NCBI GenBank assembly: GCA_025786725.1
Contig: JAHLTZ010000004.1
Span: 558,001-622,000, forward strand
DNA length: 64,000 bases
From: Syncephalis fuscata S228
Lineage: Eukaryota > Fungi > Zoopagomycota
Direction of reading: 5' to 3'
Shown here: positions 10,555 to 22,664 of the stretch, one piece after another
Numbering within the stretch: the first letter of the stretch is position 1
Layout of the letters: the number at the start of each line of letters is the position of its first letter
Program-made: the position numbers and the translations under genes
Notes under the pieces: generated by a model
What the model was told of the DNA's origin: nothing
What the model saw: only the letters and a program-made list of their open reading frames with translations
Database searches by the model: none

Positions 10555-13500
10555 TTATTCTTCCTCTTCCTCCTCTTCTATCATCATGGCAAGTGCGGGT
10601 GCAGCCTTGGGTCGCATAGTAGAGCGGGTGGCAGAAGACGTAGCGTCTAAATCGCCTCCATTGCCACCATCTACTAAACCGCCACCACCCTCTTCGTCTG
10701 CTTCTTGGATATCATTTGCTGCCTCCTCAGACGCCGACACTGAACGAACAACATTTAACAGGTTGCGTCGAGTCACCATAGTGGTTGTTGAAAACGGATG
10801 TTGTAAAGAGCGAGTTGGTGAGCCAGCTAGTTTCCACGATGGTAGTGGCACTGTAGCTATGGCTATGGGCGATGTTATAGATTCAGGTAAACCAGTAGAT
10901 ACTACCGTTGGTGATTCAATAGAGTGTTCAGTGCCATTGACTCCATCAATAGACGGCGCTGTCATATTCATAGCCTCTCCACGGCCAGATGTCAACGACG
11001 AAGTAGCGCCATTAGCATCATCAATAGACGGTGTTGTCATATTCATTGATTCGCCATGGCCAGCTACTAATGGCGATGCAATACCATTACCTGTTGCACC
11101 TGATGTTATTTTAGTACTACTTCGTTTAGTACTACGTTCACTTTCACTTCTGGTTAATCCCGTAGCTGCTCCTACACCTTTAATACCCTTTGGCACCATT
11201 GGCATAGGATAGTCGCTGGCAGCTTGTGCACGGCGGTGTTCTTCAGCAACACCTCTTAAATCGCCAATACTTCGTGATCGTGGATCTTTAGCAATATTAT
11301 GAACATTTTGACCACTACTGCTATAGTCTTTTGAAGAGTGTCGTACATGAATTGACGGGACACCAGACGGTTTTAATGGGCCACCGTTAAGCGATGGCAT
11401 TGGCGGGGCACCTTGAGCCATTTCACGTGCTCGTTGAGTTAAAGTTGGGTCCGACGACCATTGTTGCCATCGGTGACGTTCAGGACTTCTTTCTTTACTG
11501 CTACTACCTGTGCCACGACGTCTTAGATCGCGGAAAAGCGTACTTAACCGGTTAGGTGAACGAGATCTGCGTTCTTTTTCTCGTAAAGTAGTTGGAGCGT
11601 CTGCTCCATCATTGGATGCTGCACCATTACCGTTACCACCACCACCATTTGATGCTGTCATCTGACCATTACCAGCCGTTGCAACAGCCATAGCACTATT
11701 ATTATGCTGACTATGGCTGTGCTGATTATTGGTAGACGATGAAGACGAAGAGGTAAATGACAGCCAAGGAAGTGACATCTTCCGTAAAGCATTATCCATA
11801 CCATGAAGTGGTTGTGGGGCGGTGACATAGACATGGGTGTGCTTTCTATGGTTGATAAATCCTCCGGATTGGATTTATTAAATCGTGTTATAAGTGGCTG
11901 ATTGGCAAGCTGATCATCATGTCTTGATGTGCTACGTAATTGTGGTGCTGTTTTTACACTACTTGCGGCAATAGACAATGCACTATTGCGCCTTCGAAGT
12001 CGAGTGCCCAAAATGTAGTAGAGTGCTGTCAGTGCATCACATGCATCTCGTCGCACCGATCTTTCCATAGCCTTTGTGTTAATACCAACACGGCTTAGCA
12101 TAGCCATCAGCTCGCCTTCTTCTAGGCTGTCTGTCGATGAACGAGCACTATTGCTATTGGCGTTAGACGCATTTAACGCCACATTCAAGTGATCTGATTG
12201 TATAAGAGGAGCACTGCCTTTACGCGGTGGTGTGGATCTTATATGTGGCATGGATTGGGCAAATGATTGCACCAATGACATAGGACTGCTACTTAATTGA
12301 TCCAATGATCGTCCACCACTACCGCTTCCATAGCCATTAGCATATGGTGAAGGCGATTGAGGTGGCGGTGATTTTGGTAATGATTCTGGCTTTGTTTCAT
12401 CATCAGCCTCTGATGTTGCTGCACGAAATAGCCATGGATGCACCAAAATACGATCTATATCAACACGATCCTTGGCGCGTACTTGTAGCATTGCCTTGAT
12501 TAGATTTGCCGCTTCTATATTATATACAATAAATAGTATCAATTTAGTTTAAATTAATCGTTATTTACATATAAATAACTGACCTGGATCTATTTCATTA
12601 GGAATTGTATATTCGCCAAGTACAATTTTTCTATTGGTTTGCACGGGATCGTCTTCGTCAAATGGCAACCGTCCACATAATAATGTATATAGAATTACGC
12701 CCAGCGACCAAATATCTGCCTCTATATATCATTAACATAATTATTACCATGTTATTAATGTCGACAAAACTGTATATTATAACTACTTACCTGGACCACT
12801 ATAACGTTGTCCACTAATCATTTCTGGTGCAGCATAAGCCATAGATCCACAATACGATTCAAGCATGCGCCTTTGATCAAATTCACGTGTAAAACCAAAG
12901 TCAATCAATTTAACATCTAGTTGGTCGTCTAATAATATATTTTCTAATTTAAGATCTCTATATAATTACATTAATTATATAGTCAGTATATTCTAGCAAC
13001 TACTTACCGATGAACAAGATTACGACGATGCAGATAGGCTACCGCATCTGCCGTTTGACGAAACCATTTACGCGTATCTCCCAAAGTAGGACGGCCTACT
13101 TTATTCACCCATAAGAGCAAATCACCACGTGATGCATATTCCATGGCCAAATATATTTTAGTTTCAGTTGTTAACAGTTCGTAAAGTCGTACGATATGCG
13201 GATGATTAAGCCGGCGCCAGTGTTCAACTTCGCGCACCACAGCATGAGCATGCGTTTTGTCGATTACCTTCAATGCCACCTAAACAGTAAACACATACAA
13301 ATACACACATACACAAATAATTATACCCATACAAGGCCATTTAGTGTTGATTCTTATAATTTAACTTATACCATTTACCTGATGTCCAGTCAGCGCATGA
13401 AGTGCCAATTTAATTTTGCCAAATGATCCTATTATACAACAGATATTAATAAACACGTCTATCGAATTCTACTACATCAATTATATTATTACCTTGGCCA

Positions 13501-13711
13501 ATGGTTTTGTCTAGCATGTACGTGCCAACACATTTGGGTGTCTTGGAGACCAGCTCCTGGTAGAGCTCCTACACAGCGATATTACAAAATAAATGGGCCA
13601 TTGGTTTAATTACTAGTACCAAGATCAAAGTGCCAATTGGTATATACATACCTGTACACGTTGTAAATCTTGACGCTGCTGCGTTCCTTTTTTTCTTTGT
13701 AAAATATTCAT
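10555..13711 (-). CDS. CAMK-group (AMPK/MARK-like) Ser/Thr kinase with UBA-like domain and long disordered C-terminus; one apparent frameshift near 11817
   Basis: Spliced motifs GQGSFGKIK, VALKVIDK, HRDLKLENI, DFG, CGSMAYAAPE, plus UBA-like segment SVRRDACDALTALYYIL. 7 exons. Confidence 0.85.
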
Positions 13712-14817
13712 AGCTTCGGCTGCTATTGTACGCGAGTTTATAGCATAAAGGCCAGTAATAACACGACAGACGAAAGGTAAGAAAAGGCGATATAGAGATA
13801 AGAAGGTGAAGAATAAGAGTAGAGATGATACAACAATGCTGCAAGTAACGACTATAGTTTGCGCTGTCCTTTCGACTAAGCTGGTTAGAATGCAAAATGA
13901 TTGTAGTTGTAGTAATAGAACGAGTTTTACCAACACAAACTGGCACCAAGTCAAGGCGGTGATAGCAATGCAAGAAGCACTACACGTGGAAAGCTGTTCG
14001 GTGGTTGTGGATGTGCTTTAGGTGAGTGTGAGTGACCGAGCGAACAAATGGGTAATGGGTGTCCCCAAGCAGGATATCGTATAGTTCAGTGTGAATACTG
14101 TTTCACGCTTCGGTGTTCTACATACATGTATAACGCCGACACGCATCAATATCGGCCGACGACCTTATATATCTACCAGCAGCGACAAGGCCAAGCACAA
14201 GCCAGTTCACAAAGAAGAGCGTATAATCCGGTTTAAATGCGGCTTTTTATCTTTACTATGTACCGCAAGCAAATACTGGATTTTTTATCTACAGCCAAGA
14301 AGCAAGCAAAATGCGCAGCACGCAAATAAAAATAGCATACAAATAAATGAAAACGATGGTGCTTGGCAAGTAAACCAACAACAATGAAAACGACTTGCAA
14401 ATGAAGAAACGAAAGATGACTACAAGTGCTGCAATGTCAAAGGCGACAGCTCTGTTAATACCATGAACAAATCGATCAACAGCGGAGAACAAATTAAAAT
14501 AACTAATAAAAATGATCAATAGACTGTTGGGCCTGACCCATATCAATATTAAGCAATACGAATAAAATGGTTGAATTTTACTTTGACTCCCTGTCCTTAA
14601 ACTGGGATAAAAAGATCAATAACTTGAATAGTAAGCCGTCGATCATTTTTTACTACTGAGGAGTGTGATTTGTCGATGTAATGTTATGCCAACTTTATTT
14701 GAATAATCCAATAGCAAGTAGCAGATGATTCAAGTATTGTAGGCTGGCGTAATTACAATTGGTTAGATTTTATTTTCCCACATTGAGTTTCTAAAGTAAA
14801 ATTCGTTCCAATTGAAA

Positions 14818-15174
14818 TCATGTCGTCGTTATACGCAACATAGTTATATTACTTTTTATTAAAACGCTGTTAATAAATTGATTTAAATAAATAACGTAAA
14901 ATACTATTTGATTTCTTTGGAACATTTGAGGCTGACTATTGTCGTTGTTGGCCATGTGTAGGAAGATTGATCGAATATGAATAGAAGCCATATGATTGCA
15001 ATTCCATGTCATTCCGCATTTGTTATTGTTGCATCTACGTACAACATGGATTCTTGCATCTGAATGGTCTGTTCTATTTTCTAATATTCTACTGTTGCAT
15101 TTTGGGCATATTTGTGATGTAGGATCAATATTAATATAATTATTATAAAAGTTGTTTATTAAACAGCCATCTTC
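14818..15174 (-). pseudogene. Fanzor/TnpB-like nuclease C-terminal relic 2
   Basis: One open frame: EDGCLI...IDPTSQICPKCNSRILENRTDHSDARIHVVRRCNNNKCGMTWNCNHMASIHIRSIFLHMANNDNSQPQMFQR. This is a degenerate RuvC-II (IDExxTSQ), Zn ribbon (CxxC...Cx4C), RuvC-III (WNRD to WNCN) and RPxxFxR tail. The catalytic E and D are lost. Confidence 0.85.
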
Positions 15175-15419
15175 TTATAGTCAATCTGACTAAATAAATG
15201 GCATTTGAACAATTTATATTATAATGACAATATATATATTAAGCAATAATAAAGATAACCAATTAATTACATTATTGTATTGAAAATTACACATAAATTA
15301 ATTAATGTTGGATGCAATATTATACATTTTATAGTAATGAATGGGTGTTTAATTGTGTCTAAAAGTGAAGGAAATGAAATGAGTAAATAAAAAATGATAA
15401 AAATTGCTGTAACTATACA

Positions 15420-15555
15420 TAATGTTAAATAATTTATTAGTAGACTCATGTGATTCAATGTTAGACCAAATTGACATCTTTACTTGATTAAACTACACAT
15501 TTATTGTTCTACTAAACATGGAACTGGATGGTAAGTGACATTAAATATCAAATTA
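15420..15555 (+). repeat. Degenerate family A TIR arm nested in element B
   Basis: ATTAAACTACACATTTATTGTTCTACTAAACATGGAACTGGATGGTAAGTGACATTAAATATCAAAT aligns with the family A TIR as seen at 9251-9410. Confidence 0.6.
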
Positions 15556-15938
15556 TAATGCCTTGAATACTTTACAGCAACAATAACATGGATTAACATT
15601 TATCTATTTATTATATCCTATTGTAAGTAACATGAAATACTATTTAACATTTATTAACACTGATATTGGACATTAAAGATAATACTGGTTAATTGACACT
15701 GATTAATTCAATCAAAGTTGATGTGGCACTGCTTTAACAAACTCTTCTCAGTATTAAAAACTAATCGACGGTTTATTGTTCGAATTATTGATTTTTTGTC
15801 CCAGTTTAAAGCTAGGGACTCAAAGTACAGTAGCTCCCATATAATAAAGTAAAAATTACTCTAGAATATCTAGCCCAATGTTTTTTATTGCAAAAAAGCA
15901 AGTAAACAGTTGTTGTAGTAACGCTCATCATTTATTAA

Positions 15939-17019
15939 TTACTCCTTCTTTTTCTTTTTATCCGCTGATCGGCGTCCTTCATCAAATACAGCATCTCTTA
16001 GATAGCCTGTGTAAATGCCTATTAATACGGTTGAGGTCAATAGCAGTGTAAACAAGCAAAGGAAAAAAGCTAGACGTGGTGTAATATAGCCGTCTCTAGT
16101 AATGCCTGTAGGCTGGTACAATTCCTCTTGAGTAGTAAACGGTGTTAAAAAACCATGGCCATCAAACCATCTAATTACGTAAAATTAATTGGTTGATTAA
16201 TTAATTAATTAGTTAGTTAGTTATTATTATTATTGTTGTTGTTGTTGTGCCACTAGTGCAAATTCTCACTTTACAGGCATCATAATAGAGTAAAACTCAT
16301 TAAGTTCTGGCACCTCCCATTTCTCGTGGACTATATTGCATAACCAAAATGTTAGTCGAGATTGCCAAGTAGCGTATATTTGCATCAAAGCATACCTGGA
16401 TATCCGGAACCACCCAGTATCTGGCCCTTTTGGGCATGGAATATCATATGCAGATTATTGGTTAGATGTAGTGATTTATTAGCAACATGGCCTTTAAACA
16501 ATAGTGGAAACGCAACATGTCGATCGGTATCAAGACGATTGACTGGCAAACGACATGATATCATTTCTAATAAACAGCCATTTAATTAACTACTATTACT
16601 ATAATAATGATAAATATTATTACCTGGACCACGGGTAACTTTGGCCATATACGCCATCATTTTAATGTCCATAAGCCACGTACATATAAGAGTGTCGTCG
16701 ACTGCATATTCAAAGGTCGGCGGCTTATGCGTCTAACAATAAGAGCGGCGCTGCATTACAAAAGAGGCGCGTTCATAGTCGGTCAACTTACCTCGATACA
16801 AGGTGGCAACGGCTGCCAGGTAGGCTCAACGTCGGACGTGTAATTAACTAAACACTCTAGCTGTACAAGATCGCCTCGTTGGAATTCTAATATTCGCAGT
16901 CTTCGGTGTCAATACAAATGGGCAGTTAGCGTGAATAAAGCTATGTTACCAAGGCGTCCAGACGACTCGGGGTCGTCATAAAGTGATTTGTCGACTTGGT
17001 CAGTACCCGGCGTGGCCAT
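15939..17019 (-). CDS. Hypothetical single-pass membrane protein with C-terminal dilysine motif (KKKE); start uncertain
   Basis: Six exons splice in frame (MATPG..., FQRGDLVQLEC, SCRLP, GQILGGSGYP, WFDGHGF), followed by a C-terminal TM helix and a KKxx end. Confidence 0.65.
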
Positions 17020-17290
17020 CGTATTAGTAATGATATTAGTAGTAACAGAGGCAGAAATCAAGATAGGTATCAATAGGTTGAACGAGCGTGCAACAGAACA
17101 GGGAAGAAATAGCAGATGTATTAGGAATCAGCTAATCAAGGCGGCTGCTTTTGGCAATGGCTCGCCTTGTCTCACTTTGTATTCATATCGATGACGTGTG
17201 GATACTCGACTATAAAATGTCGTTATCAAACGATACTAGTCAACGTTTGCATTTTAGATACTTTTGTTCGTTCCAATTACTCTTTTGACC

Positions 17291-18248
17291 ATGAATTTCT
17301 CTGCTGAAAATAACGCTCCTACGTTGGGTGCGCGTTTCCAGGGCGATACCTGTAAGTGGTGTTAAGTATGGACCATTGTCAGCATGGCTAACTAGATAGC
17401 TGTGTTGTGTGTTAGTGGAGGAGCGTCTTGTTCGCTATGTGTTCCAAAATGCCACATTCAACGATGCCGAGAGCGTGGTCAAGACGATGGATCGTTATGG
17501 CCATGAAAGTGAAGAACACTACATGTTTGTAGGAGACGACAAAGGTCCCATCATCGATGAAGCTATTCGTGAGCGCAAGCCCAAGATTGCTTTTGAATTG
17601 GGCGCCTACTGCGGCTACAGCGCCGTTCGGTTTGGCAAGCTTATCAGAGAGCTGACGCCGGGTGCCAAGTATTATTCCTTTGAATTTAATCCCAAGTATA
17701 TGGAAATTGCCACTGAGGTATGTAACCAAGATGCACCACCAGATTGGCTACAGTAGCTTACTAATATCACACGCACTACTACTCCATGCTTGCCATATAT
17801 AGATCGTACGCTTCGCTGGCCTATCCGACGTGGTTGAGGTAAGGGAATATGTTAGATGGCCAGTATTCTTCCTAATGCACCCGCTGTACAGTTTACACAA
17901 GGCGCGTTCAGCGACTCTATCGATGGCTTTTTGGCCTCTCATCCAAGTGTGAAACACATTGACTTTGCACTAATTGACCACGTCAAGCAATTTTATCTCA
18001 AAGATTTGAATTTGATGGAAAATAAAGATCTTATTATTAAGGTGGGTAGATTAACAATAATATGGTATGCTGCTCATTAGTTGCATCAGGATACGGTTGT
18101 TGTAGGTGATAATATCATTTATCCCGGCACACCAGAATACTACGAGTACGTTAGCACCAGTCCCCACTATCGTACCGTTCTTCATAAATCCAATGTGGAA
18201 TATCGCAAGGAGGTTGAAGATGCCGTTGCCATCAGCATTCGTTTATAA
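17291..18248 (+). CDS. COMT: Catechol O-methyltransferase-like protein, paralog 1 (5 exons)
   Basis: MFVGDDKGPIID, ELGAYCGYSAVR (SAM motif I), LIDHVKQFYLKDL, VVVGDNIIYPGTPEYYEYV. Confidence 0.9.
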
Positions 18249-18831
18249 ACTCTAGTTTGTTTATAGGGCGCAGTTAATACGTTTTCATTGCAGTCATAAT
18301 AAATATAAACGAAATAATTGAATGTTTATATATTTTAATGTAATTATAATTTCTATATTAATTAAAGTATATACCATTTATATTGCTTAGTAACACCAAT
18401 GCTACAACAAATTAAACTGCTATAACATTGTCATTTTTTTAACGTTTCCTGTAATTAGCATATAATAAATACCAATATATATATATTAGTTAATAGACTT
18501 GACCTAGATTCATTTTAAGAAAAATACCAGTTATCACGTGTGCCGACAGTGCATCTACATGCATGTGTCTGGTGCCATGAGTGTGAAAATTTACGATGCA
18601 CATCTACTTTTATACTAAATTGCAGCTGTTCAAGGTTGGTAGACGCCAATAGCGTTTAGTAATCAACAGTCAATATCAGAAATGCTGGCCATACCTAATC
18701 AAGCAGATCCAGTAAAGCTGCAATATAAAATAGTCTGATCTAAGCGCCATTGCATGATAGTAGCCATTGCTTCTGTGGCTATTATTTCTTCTAATTCACC
18801 TATTTGTTCAGTTGGTTTTCTCGTGAACAGC

Positions 18832-19812
18832 ATGCCATTTTCCGCGGATAGTCAATTAACACTATTGGACAACGGCTTTTACGGCGACACACGTGAGTGT
18901 CAATATAAGTTTGCTTATTCATAATATAATTATATTTGCTATTTTGTATTTATCGTTTATCACGTAGGCGAAAAACGCATACTCCACTATGTTCTAGAAA
19001 ATGCAACACCAAACAAACCAGATAGCGTCATTAAAACTATGGACGAGTTTGGCTATACCAAAAAAGAGTTTTGCATGTTTATAGGCGACGAGAAAGGCGC
19101 CATTATAGACGATGCCATTCGGGAAAATACTCCCGAAATAGCATTGGAACTAGGTACATACTATGGCTACAGTGCAATAAGATTTGGCCACTTGATGAGC
19201 CGACTGGCTTACGGCGCAAAGTATTACACATTTGAGTCAAATGCTATGTTTGCCCGTATTGCCACTGAGGTTAGTAAAAAGCACAGAACAAGCCTAGCTA
19301 TGAATAACATTTATTGCCTACTCTGTTGCATACGCCACAAAGCTTATAAATTTTGCTGGCCTATCTCATGTAATAGAGGTATGAATAATAGAATACCACA
19401 TAGAAGCTTTATTTAATGGAATTAACGCTTATTATCTATAGATCGTTCAGGGTACTTTTGACCAGACGCTAGAGAAGTTTTTGACCTTACATTCCGAGAT
19501 AAAAAGCATTGATTTTGTGCTAATTGACCATATCAAAAATCGCTATTTAAGTGATATAAAACTTATGGAAAAAAATAAATTAATTAAAATAGTAAGTTAA
19601 CAGATAATAAATATGTAAATTAAGTATTTCAAAACTAATTTTTTTATTTCAAGGACACTGTGGTGGTAGCTGACAATATTATCTTTCCAGGTGCACCCGA
19701 TTACTACCAATATGTCAGTACCAGCTCACATTATCACACCGTGCTATACAACACCAATCTTGAATATTCTTGTGATGTCAAAGATGCAATTGCTATAAGT
19801 ATTCACCAATAA
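18832..19812 (+). CDS. COMT: Catechol O-methyltransferase-like protein, paralog 2 (5 exons)
   Basis: MFIGDEKGAIID, ELGTYYGYSAIR, IDHIKNRYLSDI, VVADNIIFPGAPDYYQYV. Intron positions match paralog 1. Confidence 0.88.
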
Positions 19813-20155
19813 GTTACACACACACACACTAATATATCATGTAGTTAAACCAAAACAAATAAACACTGTGTTACAATTCAATAATTAATAAATTAATTAT
19901 AAATATTTGTCAAACGTTACTAAAATAAACAATATATTGGATAGTTACTATCGACTTGCATGTTACAATACTTTATTATCATTAATGAACATTATTATTA
20001 TTACGCAAAATAGCTTGTCTTTTGTCAAAAAAAAACACATTTACTAAAAAAATACTGCTGCAACACTGTCAGTCCGCGTACTCCACACCTGTAGTGCATA
20101 CTAGAGTGTTTTTACAATAAAAAAATAAAGCTGCGCTTTAAAAACGCAGCAAAAT

Positions 20156-20237
20156 TGATCAGGGTGGGATTCGAACCCACGCCTCCGGAGAGATTACGGC
20201 CTTAACGTAACGCCTTAGACCACTCGGCCACCTGACC
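20156..20237 (-). tRNA. tRNA-Leu (anticodon AAG), 82 nt, no intron
   Basis: GGTCAGGTGGCCGAGTGGTCTAAGGCG TTACG-TTAAGGC-CGTAA, variable arm, GTGGGTTCGAATCCCAC CCTGATCA. Forms a full cloverleaf. Confidence 0.97.
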
Positions 20238-21323
20238 ATTTGAAAGGACAATTTTAGAAAGGCCGCATGTTCATTTTATTAGAAAATCGATGAAAATGGT
20301 TACGTGACTGTTTTTAAAAATAAAATAAAATAGGCACAAAATTAATCACGTGATTTGATTGCGATTTTGTCATTTATCCCCAGCTATTGTTTCTACTCAG
20401 TGGATGCCAATCTATTTACACATGCACATTATTTGTATTAGTAAACTGATACAGTTCTGTGGCACCATGATGTTGCTGCAACAATACTAGAGCATTACAG
20501 CTCATTTATGATTTTATTGTACGTAAATATGCTAGATTGGTGCTGAAATGATATGTACACTCGATAATCTAATAGTTCAATAAATTAATAACAACTTGAC
20601 CCACAATGGCTTGTTTAACAGCTAATCTGGTAGTTACATATATAATGCTTGTATTATCTACTGGTTACTGGTTAACTTGAATCACGCGGTTCATACCAGA
20701 ACCATCCAAAATTAGATTATCCGAGGCAAGCGGATGCGTCACCGCCATGCAATGATGACTTTATTAAATCATTTTGTCGTACCAAATACATTCACGCCAC
20801 TTGGTTCCCTGTTCTATGCCACAGTGCCACAACAACGCATGCTTTACTTGTTCTAACCTTTGTATCATTTTATGCAATGAAAATAGCCCAAAGTGCTTGT
20901 ATCTATAATGATTGGACAAATATGTCACTGCTGGAATATAAGTTTTATTGTAAATGTAATAAATCCAGCAAACTGTTGGTATATTAGCAGCTGTTCATGA
21001 TGTTCAGCGATACTATGAATCAAATATACGATAGTTGTAACCCACGAGTACCATGTAGCGTACACGTGAGGTGAAATGTTGTAATGCAGGTGAAGGGAAA
21101 TCATTTCTTTTACTAGTCTGTATTACCCGTGCGGCTATTGAAGAAACAAGTTTATGCATAGCGCTTCTTTGTCTCGCTGGCCAGGCCAGAAAGCTCACAT
21201 TCTGTGAAATTCAAATAAATTACACGAGATTGTTTCTCGGGTTTTGAATAATCGTTCATTACCTATCTTTTAGTGCTTATTGTATTGCTTTTATTTAGTT
21301 ATTTAGCGTGTAAACTAGCTACT

Positions 21324-22664
21324 ATGCGGGAAATTGTCCACCTACAGGCTGGCCAGTGTGGCAACCAGATTGGTGCTAAATTTTGGGAGATTATTTCCGA
21401 GGAACATGGCATTGGCACTGATGGCAGCTATTGTGGCTCAGTGGATCAACAACTTGAACGTATCAGCGTCTATTACAACGAATCCAACAATGGCAACTAT
21501 GTGCCACGCGCCGTAATGGTTGATTTAGAACCAGGTACTATGGATACTATCCGACAAGGGCCATACGGCAAACTATTTCGCCCCGACAACTTTGTCCATG
21601 CTCAGTCCGGCGCCGGCAACAATTGGGCCAAAGGACATTACACGGAAGGTGCTGAGCTGGTTGATGCTGTTATCGAGACAATTCGTCAAGAAACAGAGAG
21701 CTGTGACAGCTTGCAAGGCTTCCAGTTCACACATTCATTGGGCGGTGGCACTGGCTCTGGTATGGGCACACTTCTTATTTCCAAAATTCGTGAAGAGTAT
21801 CCGGATCGTATGATGTGCACCTTCTCGGTGCTACCATCACCAAAGGTATCCGACACGGTCGTCGAGCCTTACAATGCCACTTTGTCAATTCACCAATTGG
21901 TCGAAAACTCTGACATGACTTTCTGTATTGACAATGAGGCTTTATACGACATTTGCTTTAAAACATTGAAACTTACTAGCCCAGGCTATGGTGACCTGAA
22001 CCACTTGGTATCAATGGTCATGTCCGGTGTTACCACCTCATTGCGGTTCCCTGGTCAACTCAATTCTGACATGCGCAAAACGGCCGTCAACTTGATACCA
22101 TTCCCGCGTCTTCATTTCTTCATGGTCGGCTTTGCTCCACTGACTTCGCGTAACTCGCAGCAATATCGTACCATATCTGTACCGGAACTTACCCAGCAAA
22201 TGTTTGACTCTAGTAACATGATGGCTGCCGCCGATCCACGTCATGGCCGCTATCTTGCAGTTGCAGCCATTTTCCGTGGTCGCATGTCTATGAAAGAGGT
22301 CGATGAGCAAATGCTTCAGATTCAAAACAAAAACAGCTCAGTCTTCGTTGAGTGGATTCCTAACAATGTTAAGACCGCTGTATGTGACATCCCGCCTAAG
22401 GGCTTAAAAATGTCATCAACCTTTATCGGTAACACAACCGCTATTCAAGAAATGTTCAAGCGTGTCGTTGACCAATTTAACGCCATGTTCAGACGCAAAG
22501 CCTTTCTTCACTGGTACACAGACGAAGGCATGGATCAAATGGAGTTCACCGAGGCAAGATCCAACATGAATGATTTGATATCTGAATATCAGCAGTATCA
22601 GGATGCCACCGTAGAGGGTGAGGACTATGGAATAGGCGAAGATGAAGATGAAGATTATGAATAG
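21324..22664 (+). CDS. TUBB: Beta-tubulin, intronless and divergent (446 aa)
   Basis: [17 protein letters not shown] start, GGGTGSG signature and acidic tail in one uninterrupted ORF. Confidence 0.97.
   Translation: MREIVHLQAGQCGNQIGAKFWEIISEEHGIGTDGSYCGSVDQQLERISVYYNESNNGNYVPRAVMVDLEPGTMDTIRQGPYGKLFRPDNFVHAQSGAGNNWAKGHYTEGAELVDAVIETIRQETESCDSLQGFQFTHSLGGGTGSGMGTLLISKIREEYPDRMMCTFSVLPSPKVSDTVVEPYNATLSIHQLVENSDMTFCIDNEALYDICFKTLKLTSPGYGDLNHLVSMVMSGVTTSLRFPGQLNSDMRKTAVNLIPFPRLHFFMVGFAPLTSRNSQQYRTISVPELTQQMFDSSNMMAAADPRHGRYLAVAAIFRGRMSMKEVDEQMLQIQNKNSSVFVEWIPNNVKTAVCDIPPKGLKMSSTFIGNTTAIQEMFKRVVDQFNAMFRRKAFLHWYTDEGMDQMEFTEARSNMNDLISEYQQYQDATVEGEDYGIGEDEDEDYE

Larger units (their letters stand above)
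14569..15838. mobile_element. 1.27-kb TIR DNA element (family B, MULE-like ends) carrying a Fanzor relic
   Basis: 14579-14662 aligns to the reverse complement of 15745-15827 at 69/84 positions, and similarity extends to about 140 bp. Both ends begin with GG. No convincing TSD. Confidence 0.8.

Noticed and set aside
10935-11060. Internal duplication in the kinase tail (GESMNMTTPSID / GEAMNMTAPSID)
   Set aside because: An ordinary short tandem duplication in a disordered region.
10586-11212. 208-aa plus-strand ORF and similar antisense ORFs (7320-7715, 22038-22325, 28737-29015, 36140-36961)
   Set aside because: They are shadow frames of well-supported genes on the opposite strand.
14741-14760. 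Putative Fanzor guide resembling family A TIR sequence (shared AATTACGC)
   Set aside because: Only about 13/19 identity with mismatches at the seed end in AT-rich DNA, which is not evidence of targeting.
14560-15850. 9-bp TSD around element B
   Set aside because: The best flank comparison is about 5/9 in A/T-only sequence, so the MULE assignment rests only on terminal similarity.
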